A stretch of DNA of 62,144 nt, filler included, from Acidimicrobiia bacterium (GTDB lineage: Bacteria > Actinomycetota > Acidimicrobiia > Spongiisociales > JAHEDJ01): the NCBI GenBank assembly GCA_029210695.1. It is 3 parts of 3 records of this genome, joined end to end, with 100 filler letters (N's around TTAATTAATTAA, not from the genome) between each part and the next. Parts side by side here need not be neighbours in the genome. Positions count along the whole stretch, not along the records: positions 45,851 to 62,144 come from JARGFH010000073.1; 2 more parts are not named here. One strand, given 5' to 3'. Below the pieces are notes generated by a model that was not told the origin of the DNA, made no database searches, and saw only the letters and a program-made list of their open reading frames with translations. This document shows positions 55,459-62,144 of this stretch, one piece after another; the first letter of the stretch is position 1; each line of letters begins with the position of its first letter. The translations under genes were made by a program, and so were the position numbers.

Positions 55459-56240
55459 CGGCCGCCTACGCGGTCATCGGCGATCCGGTTGCCCACTCGC
55501 TCTCCCCGGCGATTCATCAGGCGGCTTTTGATGAGCTCGGCATCGATGCCGGCTACACGGCAATCCGGGTCGACGCAGCAGGTCTGCCGGCGATTCTGGA
55601 CGACCTCCGGACCGGACGCTTCTCCGGCGTCAATGTGACGATGCCGCACAAGCACCGGGCATTCGAACTGGCGGATCGAGTCGAGGGTGACGCAATGCGA
55701 GCGGAAGCGGTAAACACCCTGGTTCATGTTGACGGGGCGGTGGTCGGGCTGTCCACCGACATTCCGGCAATTCGTCAGGTATGGAGTCGGCGAAATCTGC
55801 CGACCGGATCCGTGCTGATCCTCGGCGCGGGCGGCGCAGCCGCCGCGGCACTCGTGGCCCTGGGTGAGAGGGAGATCTTCATCTCTGCCCGGTCGAAATC
55901 CCGACTGGCCGGACTACTCGATCGTCTCGCCGTACCCGCCACGATTGTTCCATGGGCAACGTCCGTGCCCGGAGCGGTCGTGGTGAACGCCACGCCGCTA
56001 GGCATGCACAATGAGACCCTTCCAACCGGTCTCGTAGCACAGTCAGATGGTGTCTTCGACATGGCATACGGACTGCTGCCGACTCCGGCTGTGATTGCAG
56101 CCCGAACTCTGGGTTTACCGGCTGCCGACGGACTCGACATGCTCGTTGCTCAGGCGGCCCTGTCCTTTGAGGCGTGGTCGGGGCGACCGGCCCCCTTCGA
56201 TGTCATGCTCCGGGCCGCGCAAATCGCTCAAGGGTGGTGA
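55455..56240 (+). CDS. aroE: Shikimate dehydrogenase
   Basis: GDPVAHSLSP, NVTMPHK, AVNT, GAGGAA, NATPLG, DGLDMLVAQA. Confidence 0.93.
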   Translation: MTAAYAVIGDPVAHSLSPAIHQAAFDELGIDAGYTAIRVDAAGLPAILDDLRTGRFSGVNVTMPHKHRAFELADRVEGDAMRAEAVNTLVHVDGAVVGLSTDIPAIRQVWSRRNLPTGSVLILGAGGAAAAALVALGEREIFISARSKSRLAGLLDRLAVPATIVPWATSVPGAVVVNATPLGMHNETLPTGLVAQSDGVFDMAYGLLPTPAVIAARTLGLPAADGLDMLVAQAALSFEAWSGRPAPFDVMLRAAQIAQGW

Positions 56241-56255
56241 TCCTGACGCCGAAGT
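56228..56255 (+). promoter_or_regulatory. Sigma-28-like promoter, DUF4388-pilB
   Basis: TCAAG-N15-GCCGAAGT. Confidence 0.7.
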
Positions 56256-56289
56256 TTCGGGGGATGGGGTCAACTCGAGGAGTAGAACT

Positions 56290-57282
56290 ATGGCGTTGAC
56301 AGGGACGCTCGAATCAATCCCTCTGCCCGAGGTACTTCGAATGCTGGCACGGTCGCGCAAGTCGGGCTGCCTCCGGATCGATGCAGGAGGGCTACAGGGC
56401 AAGGTGTATCTGACTGAGGGTTGGATGACCTATGCAACTACCCGCCGCGACCAGGATCTTCGAGCCGATCTCATGTCGGCCGGCATGGTCGACGAGGCCG
56501 GATGGAAACACGTCGAGCGACGTGAACGCGGGATCGCCGAGGTGCTCACCGACGGCTTCGCTCGGGAGGATTTGACCCGGTTCATCTCCGAACAGATCAC
56601 TGATGTACTGTTCCGGCTCAGCCGTCCGGGCCATGGAACTTTCGACTTCGGAGAAGATGTCGGGCCGCATTACCCGACCGAACAGCAGATCAATATCGAG
56701 GTGTGCCTCGACGAGGCCGAGAAGCGGATCGCACAATGGCGCCTGATTGAAGAGGTCATCCCCGGAGTCAACTTCAGACTGCGGATGGTCCACGTCCTCC
56801 CGGAGGAGGCCAGGGAGGTCACGATCACCGTCGATACCTGGCGGCTCCTCTCGGCGCTCAATGGCCAGGGGACGGTCGAAGAGGTCGCCGCCCGGTTGGG
56901 TTCCACCGACTTCCAAATAGCTCAGGTCATGGCCCAAATGGTTCGCCAGGGCCTCCTCGAGGTCGTAGACCAACTTGCTCCTGCCCGGTACTCGTACGGA
57001 GAGGGTGAAGCCGCTGTTGAGGAAGCAGAGTCCTCGCACCCCTCCGACGAAGAGACACCCGATGAGATCACGATCCTTCGACCCGGCGACGACTCGGCAG
57101 CCGCCGAAGAGGAAGTCGACGCGGACCCCGACGTAGACGACGACGCCGAGTTGCTGCAAAGCGTGTTGAGCGGGTTCAGCGGCGAGACCGAAAACGAGAG
57201 CTCAGAAGGAACCGAGCGGACGCTCGGTCGGCGCCGCGGTCTCGGTGCACTTGCTCGTGAGCTCAGCGATCTGACGGAGTAG
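56290..57282 (+). CDS. DUF4388 (PATAN-like) domain protein
   Basis: MALTGTLESIPLPEVLRMLARSRKSGCL...GTFDF; wHTH-like segment; acidic tail; GAGGAG RBS. Confidence 0.85.
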   Translation: MALTGTLESIPLPEVLRMLARSRKSGCLRIDAGGLQGKVYLTEGWMTYATTRRDQDLRADLMSAGMVDEAGWKHVERRERGIAEVLTDGFAREDLTRFISEQITDVLFRLSRPGHGTFDFGEDVGPHYPTEQQINIEVCLDEAEKRIAQWRLIEEVIPGVNFRLRMVHVLPEEAREVTITVDTWRLLSALNGQGTVEEVAARLGSTDFQIAQVMAQMVRQGLLEVVDQLAPARYSYGEGEAAVEEAESSHPSDEETPDEITILRPGDDSAAAEEEVDADPDVDDDAELLQSVLSGFSGETENESSEGTERTLGRRRGLGALARELSDLTE

Positions 57283-57290
57283 GAGTATCT

Positions 57291-58973
57291 GTGAGCCGGG
57301 ACACGGGGCACCTGGGAACCCTTCTTCTTGACGAAGGTCTGGTAACTCCCGAAACCCTGGAGACGGGTATGGCTCTCCAGGAGGAGACCGGGCGTCCGCT
57401 CGGTCGCGTCCTGGTCGAGGAAGGTCTCGTTGAGGAGTCCGATCTCGTTCGTGCCCTCGCCAAGCACATCGGAATCGAGTTCGTCGACCTCAATGCGGTA
57501 ACCGTTGACCCCGCGGCCGCCGCCCTGATTCCCGAGACCCTGGCCAGGCGCTACGCCGCCCTGCCCATCGCCTTTGAGGGTGATGCCCTCATCGTGGCGA
57601 TGGCGGATCCGGCCAACGTGCTCGCCATCGACGACATCCGTGCGCTCACCGGCCGAGACGTCTTGCCGCGGGTCGCCACTCGTTCCGATGTGGAGCGCGC
57701 GATCGGCGGTGTCGCCGGCCTGGAGGATTCGGTTTCCGATCTGGCCGATTTCGCCGGACAGGACGACATCGAAGCGCAGGACCTTGCCTCCGTCGAGGCG
57801 GCCACCGAAGACGCGCCCGTCGTCAAACTCGTCAATATGCTGATTTCCAAGGCCGCCGCTGATCGAGCCTCGGACATCCACATTGAGCCGACCGAACGTG
57901 ATCTGCGGGTGCGCTACCGGATCGATGGTGTGCTGCACGAGATCATGCGTACCCCGCGCTCCATCATGAACGCAGTGGTCAGCCGTCTGAAGATCATGGC
58001 AGATATCGACATCTCTGAACGCAGACGTCCCCAGGATGGCCGCATCAGCTTGAAGGTCGGGCGACGTTCGATCGACTTGCGTGTTTCGACCCTGCCGACC
58101 ATCTACGGCGAGAAGGTCGTCATGCGTATCCTCGATACGTCCCAGGCGTTGCTCCAACTCGACGATCTCGGCTTCCTGCCGGATACTGAAGCTCGCTACG
58201 CGGAAGCCTTTTCGAAGCCGTACGGGACGATCCTGGTGACCGGCCCGACCGGTTCCGGAAAATCGACGACGCTGTATGCCACGCTCAATGTGTTGAACAA
58301 GCCCGAGGTGAACATTGTCACCGTTGAGGATCCAGTCGAGTACCGGCTCAGCGGCATCAGCCAGGTGCAGGTCAACCGCAAAGCCGGACTCAACTTCGCG
58401 TCCGCGCTTCGGTCCTTCCTCCGACAGGATCCCGACATCATGCTGGTCGGTGAGATCCGCGACAAGGAAACGGCCACGATCGCGATCGAGTCGGCTCTCA
58501 CCGGCCACCTCGTGCTGTCGACACTGCATACCAACGATGCGCCGTCGGCCGTGACCCGCCTCACAGAGATGGGTGTCGAGCCCTTCCTGGTCGGATCGGC
58601 GATCGACGCAGTACTCGGACAACGACTGGCCCGGCGGCTGTGCAAGCAATGCAAGGAACCGTACGAACCGACGCTCGATGCTCTTCGTGACGTTGGGTGG
58701 CCATTCGAGGATCTCGGCGAAGACATCCCCGAGCTCTACCGGGCCAAAGGCTGCGCGGCGTGCAGCAACACCGGTTATCGCGGCCGGCTGGCGATCCACG
58801 AACTCATGCTGATGTCTGAGGAGATCGAGAGGATGACGGTTGAGCGTGGCTCGACCGAAGATCTGGCGAAGATTGCCATTGCCCAGGGAATGCGACCACT
58901 TCGCCAGGACGGCTTGATCAAGGTCAGCACGGGTCAGACCTCGATTGAAGAGATCTTGCGGGTGGTTGTTTAG
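57291..58973 (+). CDS. pilB: Type IV pilus assembly ATPase PilB (GspE family) with MshEN-like N-terminus
   Basis: LGTLLLDEGLV..PLGRVLVEEGLV; ASDIHIEP, PQDGR, GPTGSGKSTT, LRQDPD, CxxC...CxxC zinc motif. Confidence 0.95.
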   Translation: MSRDTGHLGTLLLDEGLVTPETLETGMALQEETGRPLGRVLVEEGLVEESDLVRALAKHIGIEFVDLNAVTVDPAAAALIPETLARRYAALPIAFEGDALIVAMADPANVLAIDDIRALTGRDVLPRVATRSDVERAIGGVAGLEDSVSDLADFAGQDDIEAQDLASVEAATEDAPVVKLVNMLISKAAADRASDIHIEPTERDLRVRYRIDGVLHEIMRTPRSIMNAVVSRLKIMADIDISERRRPQDGRISLKVGRRSIDLRVSTLPTIYGEKVVMRILDTSQALLQLDDLGFLPDTEARYAEAFSKPYGTILVTGPTGSGKSTTLYATLNVLNKPEVNIVTVEDPVEYRLSGISQVQVNRKAGLNFASALRSFLRQDPDIMLVGEIRDKETATIAIESALTGHLVLSTLHTNDAPSAVTRLTEMGVEPFLVGSAIDAVLGQRLARRLCKQCKEPYEPTLDALRDVGWPFEDLGEDIPELYRAKGCAACSNTGYRGRLAIHELMLMSEEIERMTVERGSTEDLAKIAIAQGMRPLRQDGLIKVSTGQTSIEEILRVVV

Positions 58974-58980
58974 GCGATCC

Positions 58981-59075
58981 GCAATTGGCAATTGGCAATT
59001 GGCCCCCGGTTGAAGCCGGGGGCGGGTAACCCTGACCATCGGCCATCGGCCATACAGCTGCCTACCGCCTACCGC
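58981..59075. repeat. Empty inverted heptamer array (family B) with internal hairpin
   Basis: GCAATTG x3 GCCCCC ... CCATCGG CCATCGG CCATACA...GCCTACC GCCTACC; hairpin GCCCCCGG/CCGGGGGC. Confidence 0.8.
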
Positions 59076-59095
59076 CGATTACGCCGCGTTATTCC

Positions 59096-59123
59096 TCAAG
59101 ACCGACCTATTGCATGCCGACAT
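59096..59123 (+). promoter_or_regulatory. Sigma-28-like promoter, pilT-pilC
   Basis: TCAAG-N15-GCCGACAT. Confidence 0.7.
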
Positions 59124-59146
59124 ACTTGTGACACACAGAGGTGGGA

Positions 59147-60718
59147 ATGACTTCGGCATCACGAAAACTTGGAGAGCTGCTGGTCGACCAGCGCCTGCTA
59201 TCGAGGGACGATCTCGAGTTCCTCCTCCCGCGCGAGGAGGAGTCCGGCATACCGCTTGCCAAGCTCCTCGTCGACGAGAAGTTCGTCCGCGAGGAAGACT
59301 TGCTGCGTACGGTCGCTGAACGCGTCGGTATGGAGTACGTCGAGATCGATGACGAACTCCTCGACCCGGAAGCCGTCAAGAGACTCGAAGCGTCGGACGC
59401 CCGGTCGCTCATCGCGATGCCGGTCCGATTCGCCGACAATGTCATCGTCATCGCCGTAGCCGATCCCTTCGACCCCGACCGTCACACTCGCCTCGAGCAG
59501 TTGGTGGGATCGAAAGTGAAGCTGGCGCTGGCGACCAAAGATGGGATCGGACGTTCGATCGATTTTGTGCACGGACCCGAGGTCATCCCGGTGCTCCGGC
59601 ACCCGGGTGATGGGGGATTGGTCGCCCAGGTGACCGAAGACCCGGAACCGGAACTTCATGTCAACCCGTTGCTGAGCTACCTCCTCGAGGTCGGTGGATC
59701 GGACCTCCATCTGACTGCCGGCTCGCCTCCTCAGGTCCGGGTGCACGGGCAACTTCGCCGTCTCGAGGAGCACGGCATCATGCGACCGGCAGAACTGCGC
59801 CGCATGCTGTACGGCATCCTGACGGTGAAGCAGCGCGAGAAACTCGAGGAGACGCTCGAGCTCGATGCCTCCCACCCGCTGCCAGGCCAAGGGCGCTTTC
59901 GTCTCAACGTCTTCTTCCAGAGGGACGCGATCGGAGCAGTATTCCGCGCGATTCCAGAACAGATCAAGAGTCTCACCGACCTGGGCATCCCACCGATTGT
60001 CGGTGAGTTCGCGGAGATGCCGCGCGGCCTCGTGCTCGTGACCGGGCCGACAGGTTCCGGGAAGTCAACGACGCTGGCGGCGATCATCGACATGATCAAC
60101 ACGCGCCGGGCCTGTCACATCCTCACCGTCGAGGATCCGATCGAGTTCCTTCACACCCACAAGAAGGCAATCGTCAATCAGCGCGAGGTCGGAGCCGACA
60201 CGATGGGATTTCAGTTCGCGTTGCGGCACGCCCTTCGCCAGGATCCGGACGTGATACTGGTCGGTGAGCTTCGTGACCTCGAGACGATCTCGACGGCTCT
60301 GACGGCGGCGGAGACCGGGCACCTGGTGTTTGCCACGCTGCACACCCAGGACGCCCCCCAGACGATCGACCGGATCGTCGACGTCTTTCCTTCACATCAG
60401 CAGGAGCAGGTTCGTGTGCAGCTGGCGTCGACGCTCCAGGCGGTCGTCACCCAGCAGCTGGTGCCGACCCGCAATCGTGACGGCCGGGTGCCGGCGGTCG
60501 AGGTGATGGTCGCCACACCTGCCATCCGCAACCTGATTCGTGAAGCAAAGATTCACCAGATCACCACGGCGATGCAGGCCGGCGGACGATATGGCATGCA
60601 GACGATGGATCAATCACTGGCCGACCTCGTGAAACGTCATTTGATCGCCTTTGAGACCGCCTCAGAGCTGTGCACAGACATCGAGGACCTGCAGCGGCTG
60701 GTCGGCAGGGTTGCGTAG
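59147..60718 (+). CDS. pilT: Type IV pilus retraction ATPase PilT with extra N-terminal MshEN/GspE-N domain
   Basis: SDLHL, GPTGSGKSTT, EDPIEF, LRQDPD, TGHLVFATLHT, AIRNLIRE, GMQT; about 170 extra N-terminal residues starting RKLGELLV. Confidence 0.93.
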   Translation: MTSASRKLGELLVDQRLLSRDDLEFLLPREEESGIPLAKLLVDEKFVREEDLLRTVAERVGMEYVEIDDELLDPEAVKRLEASDARSLIAMPVRFADNVIVIAVADPFDPDRHTRLEQLVGSKVKLALATKDGIGRSIDFVHGPEVIPVLRHPGDGGLVAQVTEDPEPELHVNPLLSYLLEVGGSDLHLTAGSPPQVRVHGQLRRLEEHGIMRPAELRRMLYGILTVKQREKLEETLELDASHPLPGQGRFRLNVFFQRDAIGAVFRAIPEQIKSLTDLGIPPIVGEFAEMPRGLVLVTGPTGSGKSTTLAAIIDMINTRRACHILTVEDPIEFLHTHKKAIVNQREVGADTMGFQFALRHALRQDPDVILVGELRDLETISTALTAAETGHLVFATLHTQDAPQTIDRIVDVFPSHQQEQVRVQLASTLQAVVTQQLVPTRNRDGRVPAVEVMVATPAIRNLIREAKIHQITTAMQAGGRYGMQTMDQSLADLVKRHLIAFETASELCTDIEDLQRLVGRVA

Positions 60719-60727
60719 GGAGGAACC

Positions 60728-61948
60728 ATGGCAACGACATTCGCATACAAGGTCAAAGATCGTGAGGGTCAGGTCCACTCGGGGGAGATGGAGGGGTCCT
60801 CCCAATCGGCCGTCACCAAGGCGTTGCGCGATCGAGGCTTTCAGCCGCTGGCGGTAGACGAGAAGAAGGACTCGGCACTCCAGAAGGAGATCCGGATTCC
60901 GGGCCTGACCGACCGGATCAAGCTGAAAGAGGTCGCCATCTTCTCCCGGCAGTTCGCCACGATGATCAACGCCGGCCTTTCTTTGCTACGCGCGTTGAAT
61001 ATCCTCGCCGAACAGACGCCCAACAAGGCCTTTGCCAGGACGATCATCGAGGTGAAGAACGACGTCGAACGAGGGACCAGTCTCTCGGCGGCGATGGAGA
61101 AACACCCGAAAGCCTTCAACCGCCTTTACACCTCGATGGTGAAGGCCGGTGAGGTCGGCGGTGTGTTGGATGACACACTGGTCCGTCTCGCAGACACACT
61201 CGAGTCGCAGGTCGAGCTGAGGGCGAAGATCAAATCGGCAATGATGTACCCGATCGCGGTGTTCGGTCTCGTGATCATGATCGTAGCCGCCATGTTGATG
61301 TTCATCGTGCCGATGTTCGAGGATCTGTATGCCGATCTCGGCGGTGAGTTGCCGGTGCCGACCAAGATGTTGCTGGCCGTCTCGAAAGTCGTCACTTCCT
61401 ACTGGTGGGCGCTCATGATCGTGACCGTCGGGTCACTGTTCATGTTCCGAAGGTGGATCGCGACCGACTCCGGACGGACCACTTTCGACAAGATCAAACT
61501 GAAGTTGCCGATCTTCGGCAATCTGGTCCACAAGACGGCGATCGCCCGATTTGCTCATACGCTGGCATCGCTCACCAAGACCGGCGTTCCGATCCTCCAG
61601 GCGATGGACATCGTGGCCGAGACGAGCGGCAACGCCGTTGTGTCGGCCGCGGTTCTCGACGTCAAAGCGTCCGTTCGTGAGGGTGAGTCGATCGCCAAGC
61701 CACTCGAATCGCACAAGATCTTCCCGCCGATGGTGGTCCAGATGATCGCCGTCGGTGAGGAGACGGGTGCATTGGACACGATGCTGGAGAAGATCGGCTC
61801 CTTCTACGACCAGGAAGTGCAGACGATGGTCGACGGCCTTACCAGTCTCATCGAGCCGTTGCTTATCGTCGTGCTGGGTGCGACGGTAGGTGGAATGCTC
61901 ATCTCGCTCTACATGCCGATGTTCAACGTCATCAACCTGATCGACTGA
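60728..61948 (+). CDS. pilC: Type IV pilus platform protein PilC (GspF family)
   Basis: FSRQFATMINAGL, AGEVGGVLD, KSAMMYP, GEETGALD, SLIEP, LYMPMF. Confidence 0.95.
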   Translation: MATTFAYKVKDREGQVHSGEMEGSSQSAVTKALRDRGFQPLAVDEKKDSALQKEIRIPGLTDRIKLKEVAIFSRQFATMINAGLSLLRALNILAEQTPNKAFARTIIEVKNDVERGTSLSAAMEKHPKAFNRLYTSMVKAGEVGGVLDDTLVRLADTLESQVELRAKIKSAMMYPIAVFGLVIMIVAAMLMFIVPMFEDLYADLGGELPVPTKMLLAVSKVVTSYWWALMIVTVGSLFMFRRWIATDSGRTTFDKIKLKLPIFGNLVHKTAIARFAHTLASLTKTGVPILQAMDIVAETSGNAVVSAAVLDVKASVREGESIAKPLESHKIFPPMVVQMIAVGEETGALDTMLEKIGSFYDQEVQTMVDGLTSLIEPLLIVVLGATVGGMLISLYMPMFNVINLID

Positions 61949-61974
61949 TCCCAGCGCATCATCGTGCCTCGTAC

Positions 61975-62001
61975 GGGCCCTCGGATTCGTTCCGAGGGCC
62001 C
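61975..62001 (+). terminator. 11-bp hairpin after pilC
   Basis: GGGCCCTCGGA TTCGT TCCGAGGGCCC. Confidence 0.65.
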
Positions 62002-62002
62002 C

Positions 62003-62068
62003 GGCAATTGGCAATTGGCTCCGCATCATCGGGGCCGAACGTCTGGGCCAATTGCCTACTGCCTACCG
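62003..62068. repeat. Empty inverted heptamer array (family B)
   Basis: GGCAATTGGCAATTGGCTC ... GGGCCAATT GCCTACT GCCTACC G. Confidence 0.8.
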
Positions 62069-62073
62069 GGGAA

Positions 62074-62130
62074 GGTCCAGGACATCGTTGGCGGTTTGTA
62101 GACCGTCTATGGGGTTCAGGACATCGTTGG
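62074..62130 (+). repeat. 18-bp direct repeat pair, possible IS481-like element end
   Basis: GGTCCAGGACATCGTTGG (62074) and GGTTCAGGACATCGTTGG (62113), period 39 bp. Confidence 0.5.
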
Positions 62131-62144
62131 TAGTGGGCCGGGGA

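Noticed and set aside
56922..59039. Long antisense ORFs (705 aa here; also 40769-42199, 2708-3748, 35679-36767)
   Set aside because: Antisense shadows of well-supported genes, expected in high-GC DNA.

Overview
High-GC actinobacterial DNA; the gene content fits an Acidimicrobiia-like metagenome bin. It is three contigs joined by artificial N/TTAATTAATTAA linkers at 29005-29104 and 45751-45850, so no gene linkage should be inferred across those joins. Contig 1 carries an IS630 end, dapA-like, mdh, HU, SCP2, a TadE/TadG pair, sdhCAB, whiB, tatA, a sigE-rseA-rseB-like locus, AhpE-like peroxiredoxin, HtrA, moaE, a Liv-type ABC operon with an embedded acyl-CoA ligase, a four-helix-bundle gene, bioY and a sortase. 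Contig 2 is accessory. It has a hexaheme collagen-tailed lipoprotein cytochrome, acyl-CoA dehydrogenase, large lipoproteins, a three-gene DUF2235 lipase / CHAT caspase-like protease / MBL hydrolase operon (candidate defence or conflict system), an amidase, a META lipoprotein, a probable UxxC selenoprotein missed by the ORF track, and a VapBC pair. Contig 3 is core: hisS-aspS-rarA-alaS-ruvX-mltG-aroE followed by DUF4388-pilB-pilT-pilC. The most notable non-gene signals are: (i) inverted arrays of 7-bp tandem repeats that bracket one intact and one internally deleted four-helix-bundle gene and also occur empty in many intergenic gaps; (ii) an IS630 and a 111-bp MITE relative, both sitting at a GTTCTAG heptamer; (iii) four identically spaced sigma-28-like TCAAG-N15-GCCGA promoters linking the sortase with type IV pilus genes. 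All protein family calls are from motif recognition, not database searches.
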